This document shows positions 8,774-19,477 of a DNA stretch of 41,751 nt, piece by piece. The DNA comes from a virus (taxonomy: Duplodnaviria > Caudoviricetes): IMG/VR virus record IMGVR_UViG_3300008110_000287, positions 1 through 41,751 of that record; one strand, 5' to 3'. The position numbers and the translations under genes are program-made. The notes beneath the pieces were generated by a model, which ran no database searches, was not told the DNA's origin, and was given only the letters and a program-made list of their open reading frames with translations. Each line of letters begins with the position of its first letter. Position 1 is the stretch's first letter.

Positions 8774-11700
8774 TTACTGTTGTAACTCCAAGGGTTGTGA
8801 TTCCCGTAACATTTAATCTTGTTAGAGATGCATATCCACCACTTACATTTGTTGATATGCCTGCGAGTTCGGCATAAGTAGATACTCCCGACCGTGTGGC
8901 ATAAGTTGCAATACCAGCAAATGAGGCATAGGTGGCAACACCGGCAACGTTTGCATATTGTGATGTGCTAGAAATTCCGGCACTGATGCCAGTTAATTTA
9001 CTACCATCCCCAAAGAAAGTAGTGGCACTGACAATACCGGCAGTTACAACTCCAGTAATGATTGCATTACCATCAACATATAACTTAGACGTTGGATTCG
9101 TGGTTCCAATTCCAACACTAGAGAATGTATGAATTCCTACTGGTGTTGTAATCCATTGAGTACCAATACCAGTAGAGGCATTGATAGTTGCATATCCGGA
9201 ACTAAAGGTAACAGAAAGATTATCAGCAAAGTCCAAGCTGGCAGCAGTACCAACCTGAGTTCCAGAATCCCATACGCTCACTCCAGAAGCGGCAACAAGA
9301 CCTGTTAGACCAGAACCATCACCGTAGAAGGTAGTGGCAGTTACAACGCCCGTAAAGAGACCGTCACCATCGACAGTGAGTTTAGATGTTGGGTTAGTGG
9401 TTCCGATACCGACATTTGGAAGAGTATGAATACCGGCAGAAGTTGCAACCCATTTTGAAGCAATGATTCCGGTTAATTCCGAACCATCACCATAATATTT
9501 TACTGCGGTTACAATTCCGAGTGTGCTGATTCCCGTTACATTTAATTGAGTTACCGATGCAATTCCACCGATTACACTTGTTGCAATTCCAGATAGTGTG
9601 GAAATTCCAGAGACTTTTGAATATTCAGAATAACTAGCAATTCCTACAGTAATACCAGAGAGTTTGCTACCATCACCATAGAATGTTGTGGCAGTGACAA
9701 CACCTGCCGTAATGACACCAACACTGCTAATATTACTAACATTAAGATTTCCTAATGTGGAAATGCCAGTAACATTCAGTGAAATTACACTTGCGGTGCC
9801 TCCACTTACACTTGTCGATACGCCCGAAACCTGAGCATAAGTTGATACACCTGACCTTGTAGCATAAGTTGCTATGCCTGCTGTTCTTGCATATCCAACA
9901 TCACCATAGAATGCCGATGCAGTTACAACACCAGTGATAAAGGCATCTCCATAAACAGTAAGAGTTGAAGATGCTGAGGTAGTTCCAATACCAATACTTC
10001 CGGTTGTTACGATACCAGTTCCACCAGTTTCCCAGAAGTTGGTGGTTGTTATTGTAGTAATACCAGATACGATTGGTGTTAAACTAATATTTTCACCAAA
10101 ATTAAGAATGGCGGCATTTCCAATATAAACATCATCATCACTAACCTGAACTCCAGAACCAGCAGCAATAATCCCGGTTAATTTACTACCATCTCCAAAG
10201 AATTGAGTTGCCGTAACAATACCAGCAGTTACAACTCCAGTAATACTTACGTCGCCACCAACAAATAATTGAGTAGAAGTAACAAATCCAAGAGTGCTGG
10301 CACCAGAAACTTGAATCTGAGTTCCAGTGATTCCCCCAGTTACAAGTCTTCTAGATGTAACAACTCCGGCAACATCTACATCACCACCAACAACAAGTCT
10401 TGAATTTGGATTTGTTGTGCCAATACCAACGTTTAATCTTTCATTACCTACTAACCAGTACTCATTAAATCCTAGAGAGTTAATACCAATTGCAAGAGTC
10501 TTACTTCTCTCAACTACAGGGAAATCGAAGTATGCAGAACCTTGTCCACTACCAATCAGAACCTTGTATGAAGAATTCTGAGAACATCCAATGAAAGAAC
10601 CGAAGTAGGTGTTATTACAACCGGCAAGATTATTAATACCGGCATAGAATCCGAAGAAACTATTTGTTCTTCCTGAGGTATTGCAAAGACCTGCCGCTCT
10701 ACCAAAGAAACTGTTTCTGAATCCAGTAGTATTATTTCTACCAGAAAGGAATCCAAAGAAACTGTTAGAATCACCACTAGTATTACACTGACCTGAATTA
10801 GTTCCGAAGAAACTGTTATAACATCCCGTGGTATTGAATTTTCCAGAGAATGCACCGAAGAAGCTATTGTATGCACCAGTGGTCACACAAGCAGCAGCAC
10901 CATATCCTACTAAAGTATTCAGAATACCAATATTTTTAACTAGTAAGGCACCAGTCTCTTCATTACCAATTCTGACACTATCATCAACAAATCCAATGCT
11001 ACCACCAACAGTCAATTGCGAAGTTGGATTTGTGGTTCCGATACCAACCTTTCTAAGTGTATGAATACCTACAGAGGTTACAATCCATAAAGAGTCGGCA
11101 TTTGCGGCAATGACTCCGGTTAGTCCAGAACCATCACCAATAAATTGCGATGCGCTTACAAATCCCGAAACTACTGCATTACCAATAACATCTAATTTTT
11201 CTCTTGGTCGTGTGGTTCCGATTCCAAGATTTCCACTGATGTAAGAATTTCCTGTGACCTGTAGGGTTTGATTTAAAGTTCCTGTGGATGTTGCAGAACC
11301 AATTAGTACTGGTCCATTTGAGAAATTACCAATACCAGAAATAACTAATGTACTGCCACTAATACTGGTAATTGTTGCAGACGAAGATTGGAAGGATGTA
11401 ATAATACCACTTCCATAATTCAATGATTGTCCATTTATTGAAGTTAAAGAACTTATACCAACATATTGAAGATTATTTCCAACTAGATTATCGATTCTAC
11501 CATTAATCGTAATTAAGTTATTAAGAGTTGCCGAAGGAGAAACTATAAGACTAAGCGCATCAAAAGTAGATGCAGTTGTGATACCACTGATAATCGCATT
11601 TCCACGAACATCAAGTTGTTGTCTCGGACTTGTTGATGCAATACCAACACGAGATTGTGTATTAACACCTACTGAGGTCTTCTCCCATATGAAGAGTTGA

Positions 11701-14700
11701 TTGATGGATTCGTTAATACTAACAGTAATAATACCCGCAGAAACTGGAGATGCATCAAAGTATCCATCAAAATTCAGAGTTGCCGCAACACCAACAAAAT
11801 TTCCATTATTTCTAATATTAATACCAGGACTAACTGTTGCTGTGATATTATAGAGACCAGAACCATCACCATACACTTTGGCAAAGGTTGCAATACCAGA
11901 GAAGTGGGCATCACCATAAACAGTGAATTTTGATATTGGAGCAGTGCTTCCAATACCTACAAAGAATTCATTATTTCCAACAATCCAACTACTATTTCCT
12001 GCGCCAATATTTAATTGGTGGGAACCATATTCGTCTAATAACTGAGCACTATAACCAATAGCAACATTATAAGATCCAGCTAGTTGAGTACATCCAGCAA
12101 AAGAACCAAAGAAACTGTTATATGAACCGGTGCTGTATAGTCCAGTATCTCTCCCTAAGAAAACATTTTCATTTCCAGTTTGGTTACAACGTCCAGTACT
12201 ACATCCAAGGAATACGTTCCAACTGCCCGTAGTATTATATGCGCCAGTGAATCTACCAAAGAAATTATTATACGAACCAGTACTGTTTCCCCTACCAGTC
12301 CAGGCACCGAAGAAATTATTATATCCACCAGTAGTATTAGAACATCCAGATTCACAACCAAAGAAGTTGTTGCTGCTGCCGGTAAAGTTTGTCCTACCAG
12401 CAAATGCCCCCATAAAGTTGTTCCAATTACCACAGGCATTTGAACTGCTTGTTCCTGCACAATAACCAATATAATTATTACCACATCCAGATAAGTTATT
12501 GTATCCTGCCCTATATCCAATGAAGGTATTAAATTTTTCTTCAGGATTTAATGTATAAAGTGGAGTAGTCTCCGAAGACATTCCAATTTTAATATTTGTT
12601 CCTACAAATTCTTGTCTTCCAAAAACAGTTAGTCTATTTGTAGATGTTGTGGTTCCAATACCCACATTGAGCATTGTATGAATGCCAGTGCTATTATAAT
12701 CCCACTGACCTGCCATACTCAGGTTTGTAATGGCACTACCATCACCAATAAAATTACCAACAAAAGATCCACCATTAAAGGTAGTTCCATTGAAGGTAGA
12801 ACCATCAAATCTCGTAGCGGTAACAATACCACTACCCATAACTCTAATATTACCATTAACAGTCAATCTAGAAGTTGGATCTATGGTTCCGATGCCAACA
12901 CTTCCAGAGGTCCAAATACCAACTGCCTGACCCTGCGCTGCTTCTGCCCAACGAGATGCAGTAATATTTGGAATATTGATAAGATTTGAACCGTCACCAT
13001 AGAATTTTGCCGCAGTAATAATTCCACTAAAGATAGAATCACCACGAACACTCAATCTTGCATTAGGAACAGCAGTACCAATACCAATGTTTAGATTCTC
13101 ATCACCAACCAACCAGTACTCAGATTGCCCTGTAGTATTCAGACCAATGGCAAATTGCTTATCTTTATCTGGATTATATGCATCAAAAAATCTCTTTGTA
13201 ATGTATAGTGGAGGATCAAAATTCGGTATGCCTAAACCCTGACCAAGAAGAATTTTGTAGGATGCCGATGAGGATTGTCCGGTATAATTTCCAAAGAAGT
13301 TATTATAAAATCCGCAGACATTATAAAATCCTGCAGATTGTCCTATAAAAGTATTTCTTCTACCAATTGTATTATTAAAACCCGTTAAATTGCCGAAGAA
13401 ATTATTATCGAAAGATATTTGATTACAATATCCAGAACAGTCTCCAATGAAGATATTTCTATATCCGGTTGTATTTGCATAACCAGCTCTGTTACCAATA
13501 AAAATATTTTCATTTCCACTATCATTGCAATGACCAGATAATTCACCAATAAAAGTATTACTATTACCAGTTTTATTATTGAATCCACTACAATGACCAA
13601 AGAAGATATTACATCCTGCTAGGCGATTATTTTGTCCTGCTCTCTCACCAATGAATACGTTTGAATTTCCACAGTTCTGGAATCCTGCATATGAACCGAA
13701 GAAATTATTATTATTTGCGTTGTAATTATAATATCCTGCTTTATACCCTATAAAATTATTACAAGAACCGTTTGGTCCTGCAGAAGTACCGGCACATTCA
13801 CCAATAAATGTATTGAATGAACCAGTCTGATTATAACATCCTGAAAACTTTCCTAGGAATATATTTGATATCCCAGTATCGTTGCAGAAACCAGAAGACT
13901 GACCAAAGAATAAATTATCTGCACCAGATACATTATTGGCACCAGATAATTTACCAAGAAAAATATTGTTTGTTCCTGTAGTAAATTCCCCAGGATTTCT
14001 AGTTGAACTTCTACCAGAACACTCACCTAAGTAAATATTATTATCAGCACGGTTCCAGTATCCAGCCTGCCTACCAATAGCAATAGTATTGTGATAGTCT
14101 GTATTACAATATCCTGCTTCGGCACCTAAAAAGATATTATTTCCACCAGAGGATGTTCTAGAATACCCGGTAAAGGAATTTCCTATGGTTATGTTTCCAT
14201 CGGCAAATTCTAATTCACCCCTAATAGTGACTGCAGAAAATGGATAATCTGTTCCAAACCCCACATTGGCATCAGTATGAATACCAATAGTATTACTACT
14301 CCATAAAATAGGAATTTGGGTTGTTCCATCAGGAGAGAAGTCTACCCATTGATTTGAATCTCCATCGGCATAATAAACAAATGCTCTACCCTTTATAGTA
14401 TTAAACCACAAGTTTCCAATCAATGGAGAACTTGGTGCTACAGAAGAAAGGGTTATTGTTAATCCAGGTTCTGGTGGAGATAAATCAACCCACTGTGAGG
14501 AATCTATATCTTGATAATATAAAAATGTTCTTCCTTCATTTGAATCATACCATAAGTTTCCAGGCAGTGCTGTAAGTGGTGGAGTATCCGCAACATACAT
14601 TGTCGGGACATATATTCCACTACCAAAGAACTTTGTGGCACTAGCAATACCCGCAAAATTAGCATTATTTGCACTTATATCGCCAGTAAAAATACCATTT

Positions 14701-15197
14701 CTGGCAAATAAATCATTGGTGATTGATACATTACCAGTAAAAATACCATTTCTGGCAAATAAATCATTGGTGATTGATACATTACCAGTAAAAATACCAT
14801 TATTGGCAGATATTGTATTTCCAACCGATACACTACCTGTGACACTTATATTTCCATTAAATATAGAATCACCAGATACGTGAAAGCGAGCAAGAGGGTA
14901 ATCTAGTCCAATCCCAACATTTGTTAATGTATGAATGCCTACTGGATTTACTGCCCATAAAGATTCTCCACCACCACCAGTTCCGCTCCCACCGGTTCCA
15001 CCACCTCCAGGAGCGCCAACTAAATCTGTTATTATGCCGACATTATATTTTAATTTTCCGTCACTATCAATATACAGAATCTTCTTAACTTCGGCAGAGG
15101 ATGAAGTTGAGGAAATTCCGTAAATATATAAGTCTTTGAAAAATTTTACATCATTATTAAAATACGCTTCATTACCGGTAACTGTAATATCTGCCAT
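8715..15197 (-). CDS. Giant modular tail fibre (2160 aa), frameshifted near its 3' end
   Basis: Fibre modules, three blocks of 14-aa NxFxGxxAG beta-helical repeats, two GNLWY/F...QWVD modules. The last ~16 aa (KCWCRNHK...) are out-of-frame junk. Confidence 0.85.
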   Translation of the reverse strand: MADITVTGNEAYFNNDVKFFKDLYIYGISSTSSSAEVKKILYIDSDGKLKYNVGIITDLVGAPGGGGTGGSGTGGGGESLWAVNPVGIHTLTNVGIGLDYPLARFHVSGDSIFNGNISVTGSVSVGNTISANNGIFTGNVSITNDLFARNGIFTGNVSITNDLFARNGIFTGDISANNANFAGIASATKFFGSGIYVPTMYVADTPPLTALPGNLWYDSNEGRTFLYYQDIDSSQWVDLSPPEPGLTITLSSVAPSSPLIGNLWFNTIKGRAFVYYADGDSNQWVDFSPDGTTQIPILWSSNTIGIHTDANVGFGTDYPFSAVTIRGELEFADGNITIGNSFTGYSRTSSGGNNIFLGAEAGYCNTDYHNTIAIGRQAGYWNRADNNIYLGECSGRSSTRNPGEFTTGTNNIFLGKLSGANNVSGADNLFFGQSSGFCNDTGISNIFLGKFSGCYNQTGSFNTFIGECAGTSAGPNGSCNNFIGYKAGYYNYNANNNNFFGSYAGFQNCGNSNVFIGERAGQNNRLAGCNIFFGHCSGFNNKTGNSNTFIGELSGHCNDSGNENIFIGNRAGYANTTGYRNIFIGDCSGYCNQISFDNNFFGNLTGFNNTIGRRNTFIGQSAGFYNVCGFYNNFFGNYTGQSSSASYKILLGQGLGIPNFDPPLYITKRFFDAYNPDKDKQFAIGLNTTGQSEYWLVGDENLNIGIGTAVPNARLSVRGDSIFSGIITAAKFYGDGSNLINIPNITASRWAEAAQGQAVGIWTSGSVGIGTIDPTSRLTVNGNIRVMGSGIVTATRFDGSTFNGTTFNGGSFVGNFIGDGSAITNLSMAGQWDYNSTGIHTMLNVGIGTTTSTNRLTVFGRQEFVGTNIKIGMSSETTPLYTLNPEEKFNTFIGYRAGYNNLSGCGNNYIGYCAGTSSSNACGNWNNFMGAFAGRTNFTGSSNNFFGCESGCSNTTGGYNNFFGAWTGRGNSTGSYNNFFGRFTGAYNTTGSWNVFLGCSTGRCNQTGNENVFLGRDTGLYSTGSYNSFFGSFAGCTQLAGSYNVAIGYSAQLLDEYGSHQLNIGAGNSSWIVGNNEFFVGIGSTAPISKFTVYGDAHFSGIATFAKVYGDGSGLYNITATVSPGINIRNNGNFVGVAATLNFDGYFDASPVSAGIITVSINESINQLFIWEKTSVGVNTQSRVGIASTSPRQQLDVRGNAIISGITTASTFDALSLIVSPSATLNNLITINGRIDNLVGNNLQYVGISSLTSINGQSLNYGSGIITSFQSSSATITSISGSTLVISGIGNFSNGPVLIGSATSTGTLNQTLQVTGNSYISGNLGIGTTRPREKLDVIGNAVVSGFVSASQFIGDGSGLTGVIAANADSLWIVTSVGIHTLRKVGIGTTNPTSQLTVGGSIGFVDDSVRIGNEETGALLVKNIGILNTLVGYGAAACVTTGAYNSFFGAFSGKFNTTGCYNSFFGTNSGQCNTSGDSNSFFGFLSGRNNTTGFRNSFFGRAAGLCNTSGRTNSFFGFYAGINNLAGCNNTYFGSFIGCSQNSSYKVLIGSGQGSAYFDFPVVERSKTLAIGINSLGFNEYWLVGNERLNVGIGTTNPNSRLVVGGDVDVAGVVTSRRLVTGGITGTQIQVSGASTLGFVTSTQLFVGGDVSITGVVTAGIVTATQFFGDGSKLTGIIAAGSGVQVSDDDVYIGNAAILNFGENISLTPIVSGITTITTTNFWETGGTGIVTTGSIGIGTTSASSTLTVYGDAFITGVVTASAFYGDVGYARTAGIATYATRSGVSTYAQVSGVSTSVSGGTASVISLNVTGISTLGNLNVSNISSVGVITAGVVTATTFYGDGSKLSGITVGIASYSEYSKVSGISTLSGIATSVIGGIASVTQLNVTGISTLGIVTAVKYYGDGSELTGIIASKWVATSAGIHTLPNVGIGTTNPTSKLTVDGDGLFTGVVTATTFYGDGSGLTGLVAASGVSVWDSGTQVGTAASLDFADNLSVTFSSGYATINASTGIGTQWITTPVGIHTFSSVGIGTTNPTSKLYVDGNAIITGVVTAGIVSATTFFGDGSKLTGISAGISSTSQYANVAGVATYASFAGIATYATRSGVSTYAELAGISTNVSGGYASLTRLNVTGITTLGVTTVTQKCWCRNHKSNIETYCSW
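14683..14801. repeat. Perfect 51-bp tandem repeat, about 2.3 copies (NGIFTGNVSITNDLFAR)
   Basis: Units start at 14683, 14734 and 14785 with identical DNA. Confidence 0.95.
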
Positions 15198-15200
15198 ATC

Positions 15201-15755
15201 TTAATTACCACTAATAAGTGCCGTTCCCATACTAAATGCTTTGCCAACAATATCACCACCCACGAAACTGTTGGCAAATACGCTCACACCAAATCCACCA
15301 CCAACAGCCTCAATTACGTTTCCAGTCAACCCATTAGCATCTACTTTATTTCCTTTAAGAAGAATTCTCCCAGATCCCGAATTTAAATTAATGTTTCTTC
15401 CCGCTTTTAGATCAAGGTCTTCATCAGCTTCTATCATTACATTTTGACCCTTTATCCTAATCCTCCCATTTTTTTCTGCAGTGATTGTAACATCACCATT
15501 TTTACCGGTAATTACAATATCTACTCCATTACCCTCACTTTTATTACCACCAACTATTTCAATTGTTCTATCATTATGAATTCGGTATAATCCACCCTCA
15601 CTCAGTGCAGAAATGGTTACATCTTTACTATCATTAACTGAGTATGAATTATATGCATCTGCTCCGTTACATCCCATTTGGGGATTAGAAATATCCATCC
15701 TATACTTAGGACCAATACTTAAAATATCTCTTGCTTCCCAGTTATACTCTGACAT
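15201..15755 (-). CDS. Baseplate spike-related protein (gp5 C-terminal-like beta-strand repeats)
   Basis: Directly follows gp5; short periodic beta strands (GDVTITAEKNGRIRIKGQNVMIEADEDLDLKAGRNINLNSG). Confidence 0.6.
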   Translation of the reverse strand: MSEYNWEARDILSIGPKYRMDISNPQMGCNGADAYNSYSVNDSKDVTISALSEGGLYRIHNDRTIEIVGGNKSEGNGVDIVITGKNGDVTITAEKNGRIRIKGQNVMIEADEDLDLKAGRNINLNSGSGRILLKGNKVDANGLTGNVIEAVGGGFGVSVFANSFVGGDIVGKAFSMGTALISGN

Positions 15756-18140
15756 TTAATTTTCGATACAATCGATAACTTGTTTAACTTCTCTTTGTTG
15801 TCCAATTCTAATAGAATCAGTGGCAATTCCAACTTCACCAGGTCCTACTATTCCATCTCCGGCAATTATATCATCAATTTCCCTAAGAATAGGTCTTAAA
15901 ATAGCACCAGAACCATTAGTAGAAGTAATCTTAAATTGAGGCAAATCATTTATTACTTTACTATTTATTGGTGTAACTTGAGTGATTATTCCACCAACAA
16001 CCGTTGTTTGGTAGGTATTACCAAAATTATCAGTTATCTTAATATCTTGTGAATAACCATCTCCAGGATCATCAATAACAACGGAACCTACGCCATAATT
16101 ATTACCTTCTTGAGTTAATGGATAATTCTCTCCGACTGATACCATATAAATGTCCGAAATTTTACCATCCTTAACAGTTGTTCTCGCAACGGCACCATAT
16201 CCTTGCCCACAATTGTCAACAAATTCAATAAATGCCGGATATCTGTATCCATCCCCACTATTCGTAATTTGAACTCCAATAATACTTGCAGTACCGTTTG
16301 ATTTAACATTTCCGAGGAGTGCTCTTCCAGAAGCACCATCCCCTCCACCACCAAAAATTCTAACCTCTGGTGGATTGCACTTTAACGGATCTCCAGTATA
16401 ACAATTTCCTATTGGACTAGTAGAATTTGGATTTTTAGTTCTAGAACTAAAGATATCATAGGACCCAACTAGTTGCTCAAACGTAGATGGGGAACTGGTT
16501 CTTCTTAGATCATTATCAGAAACATAATCGGATATACGAACGGATTGCCCTTCATCATATTTGCTACCTGGGTTATCTCTTTTGACTGTTATTATTTTTT
16601 CGACAGTATCAACACTAAGAATTCTCATAACCTCCTTACCAATAGATAGCATCTGATTTGCTTCTACGCCAACAACATCCCTTAAACGAATAGAAGTGGA
16701 ATTAGCACCAATATCTGCCGCTATAGTTTTACTGACAGAACTAAGATCAGTTAGAAGTTCTTCGGGGGTTGCTTCACGAACTTGGTCAAAATTACCTAAT
16801 TCTTTTCCGACATTCATTGTATTCAAAATACTATCATAAAGACTATCATCATCAGATTTCTTTTGGCCACACCCAGTAGTCCATTCATTTACGATGCCTG
16901 AGCATTTTCCCTTACCTTGGTTACAGTCAAATAACCCCCCAATAGCACGAATAGAATCAACGGTATTTCTTAAAAATCCTTCAACACTAAATCCGGCAGT
17001 AAGTATCTTTGAAACTCCATTAATTGCAGAATTTAATCCAGAAACAATATCACTAATAACACCGTTTAGAAGTGCTCCTGTGAATTGAGTCCCGGCACAA
17101 GAATTAAAATTCTTAACATTATCTAAAGTAGATCTAATTAAATTTTCAACTAAACCAAAAAGACCATTAACTACTTTATTTGCCACACAAGAAATTGCCT
17201 TTTCTAAAGTAGAAACAGGTTTTACCATTACAGTTTGTGCAACAACACCGGCAGCGTGTGCAACTGCAAATTTGGTTCCAGGATCTCCGGGAGTTATGGC
17301 ATAAACCTTCGCAAAAATTTTCTTATATAATATATCTAATCCTTTTTGTAGAATAGGAACCATTCTATTAAATAAAGAGTTAAACATTTGACCAACAAAT
17401 CCGTTAGCCATCGACACAACTTTTTCAACCGTTCTGTTTATTTCAGTTGCAACGTCTAAAGCTTTGCCAAGTGGTCCAGTAACTTTATTAAGTAAATTAT
17501 TGATTTGTGCCGAAATGCCTTGCCCAAGCATACTGTTGCAAGTATTTGAAAAAACTACTTTTTCACCTACACCAGAAAAGTAAGAAACTTCTTTGAGGGC
17601 ATTTTTTATTCCTGAAGCACTATTTAACTTAGATGTAATTCCTCCAGAGACATTTCTTGGAGATTTTTGTGATGTTTGTGATTGCTCATTAGTTTGATCG
17701 GGTGGCAATTTATCCCCAGCTGGAGGAGGAACTCTTTCAGTATATCCAGTGAATGGGGAAAAAGGACTTTTATAATCACCAACGGGAACTTCAGAAGTTC
17801 TACCAAAACAACCCAAAATTACAGGAATCTGGGCATTATCACCATCCATAAAGAAACCAAATACAACATCAGAAGGTCTTACTTTATGATTTGTTGCATA
17901 GTTTGATGCACCAGTTCCTGCAGTTGTTGGTAAAAGAATTTGAGCCCAAGGCAAATCATTATCTGGTAAATCTGCTTGACTGTATGGGTGATATCCCATA
18001 ATACGAACTTTGCATCGATTTCCCCACCCATCCTTATTTGCCTGCTTATCTTGAGCAGTTACTGGTGCAACTTGACCAACCCACCAGCGGAATCCATCTC
18101 TTCCAACAAAATTACTTTTTAATAGTGATTCTTCAATCAT
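15756..18140 (-). CDS. gp5: Baseplate hub protein gp5-like (OB-fold N-terminus; no lysozyme domain recognised)
   Basis: FRWWVGQV...RCKVRIMGYH...DLPWA...VFGFFMDGDNAQIPVILG is the gp5 N-terminal signature. Confidence 0.9.
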   Translation of the reverse strand: MIEESLLKSNFVGRDGFRWWVGQVAPVTAQDKQANKDGWGNRCKVRIMGYHPYSQADLPDNDLPWAQILLPTTAGTGASNYATNHKVRPSDVVFGFFMDGDNAQIPVILGCFGRTSEVPVGDYKSPFSPFTGYTERVPPPAGDKLPPDQTNEQSQTSQKSPRNVSGGITSKLNSASGIKNALKEVSYFSGVGEKVVFSNTCNSMLGQGISAQINNLLNKVTGPLGKALDVATEINRTVEKVVSMANGFVGQMFNSLFNRMVPILQKGLDILYKKIFAKVYAITPGDPGTKFAVAHAAGVVAQTVMVKPVSTLEKAISCVANKVVNGLFGLVENLIRSTLDNVKNFNSCAGTQFTGALLNGVISDIVSGLNSAINGVSKILTAGFSVEGFLRNTVDSIRAIGGLFDCNQGKGKCSGIVNEWTTGCGQKKSDDDSLYDSILNTMNVGKELGNFDQVREATPEELLTDLSSVSKTIAADIGANSTSIRLRDVVGVEANQMLSIGKEVMRILSVDTVEKIITVKRDNPGSKYDEGQSVRISDYVSDNDLRRTSSPSTFEQLVGSYDIFSSRTKNPNSTSPIGNCYTGDPLKCNPPEVRIFGGGGDGASGRALLGNVKSNGTASIIGVQITNSGDGYRYPAFIEFVDNCGQGYGAVARTTVKDGKISDIYMVSVGENYPLTQEGNNYGVGSVVIDDPGDGYSQDIKITDNFGNTYQTTVVGGIITQVTPINSKVINDLPQFKITSTNGSGAILRPILREIDDIIAGDGIVGPGEVGIATDSIRIGQQREVKQVIDCIEN

Positions 18141-18145
18141 AGTTT

Positions 18146-19477
18146 TTACTTGTTATTTGTTCCATAAAGACCGAAAGTATCCCTAACCAATTTCATTGAG
18201 GTATAAGATGCCTCTGTATCAAAATGATGGCATAGTTCTTTAATCATATATAGACCACTTTGTTCCTTATCAAATTCATCCTTATCATCACTAGAAATTC
18301 TTGGAAATTTGCAGGAAATAATATCACCCGCTCTTAAATTTGTATTGGATGGAACAATCATATTAACTGACTGGGTAAATAAAATATTATATCTCATAAT
18401 TGCTTGAGATTGATATTTTATTGGATCTGAATTTAAACTTGTTGATATGCCAGATTCAACCGTTCCAACATCTAAAATCTGAGTTAAAATTCTAGTAGGA
18501 ACGTCTCCTAAATTAACATTACTACCACTAGATATTTTTGGAAGATCTAATTTTTTGCCTAGATTTTTTACTTGAGATGAATAGTTATCCAATTTAAACA
18601 CCCCATCCTGTTCTTTTGTAAATCCAAAAGTTAATGGATTATAAAACATCCTGTAACTAGAATATGTTCCGAGTCTTAATTTTTCTAAAAGATTTTGATT
18701 TCTTTGAGTATTATATTTTAAAATTTTAAAATCAGTATTAGATCCTATTCTATTCTCGTTAACTTGACTATAATAATATTCTGCTTTAGAAGAATCCATT
18801 ATCAATTTGTCAATAGATCGGAATTGGAATCCATCCTTAGTTTGAAAAAATACAAATCCTGCCGTAGCATCTTTCGATATATCAGGAACTCCTTTTGATG
18901 CTAACCACACTAATACTGTAAAAGGTTTTCTTAAATTCCCAATAAATCCGTAAGGATTTGAAGTTTTATCAATAGTGCCTATTCTGTTAGTTTGCAAATA
19001 TTCACTAATAATGCTTCTTACCGAAGTATCAATACTTGAAGTTGTTGGATATTTTTTTGCAACTCTAGAAGTCTCGTTAGTTATTGCTTCTCTAGAAACT
19101 AAATTGAGTAAAAAAGTTTCCCTATTTGTTTCTGAAATTACATCAGTAATACTTGAAACATACAAAGTATCTTTAGTAAAATTTAACCCTGGATTTTTAT
19201 CAGTATTTCCTTTTATTTTCAACGATACTCTTTCACCGCCCCTCAAAGGTAAACCATTATAAATTGATTGCCTAGAACCATCCGCGCCACCAAGAGAATC
19301 TGATGCTTGAATAGAATCACCAGTATTCACTACTCTAATTTTAGCAGTAATTGTAGGAGAAAAAATATCTTCATAGTAATCTATTGATACTGTACCACTT
19401 CTAATATCAACAGTTTTACTTTGATTATTAGATTCGATAGTTAATTCTTCGTAAATTGACTTATCTATTGCTGCCAT
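18146..19477 (-). CDS. Baseplate hub subunit, gp27-like
   Basis: IDYYEDIFSP, GFVFFQTKDGFQFRSID, LRAGDII, SGLYMIKELCH motifs; immediately upstream of gp5. Confidence 0.75.
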   Translation of the reverse strand: MAAIDKSIYEELTIESNNQSKTVDIRSGTVSIDYYEDIFSPTITAKIRVVNTGDSIQASDSLGGADGSRQSIYNGLPLRGGERVSLKIKGNTDKNPGLNFTKDTLYVSSITDVISETNRETFLLNLVSREAITNETSRVAKKYPTTSSIDTSVRSIISEYLQTNRIGTIDKTSNPYGFIGNLRKPFTVLVWLASKGVPDISKDATAGFVFFQTKDGFQFRSIDKLIMDSSKAEYYYSQVNENRIGSNTDFKILKYNTQRNQNLLEKLRLGTYSSYRMFYNPLTFGFTKEQDGVFKLDNYSSQVKNLGKKLDLPKISSGSNVNLGDVPTRILTQILDVGTVESGISTSLNSDPIKYQSQAIMRYNILFTQSVNMIVPSNTNLRAGDIISCKFPRISSDDKDEFDKEQSGLYMIKELCHHFDTEASYTSMKLVRDTFGLYGTNNK

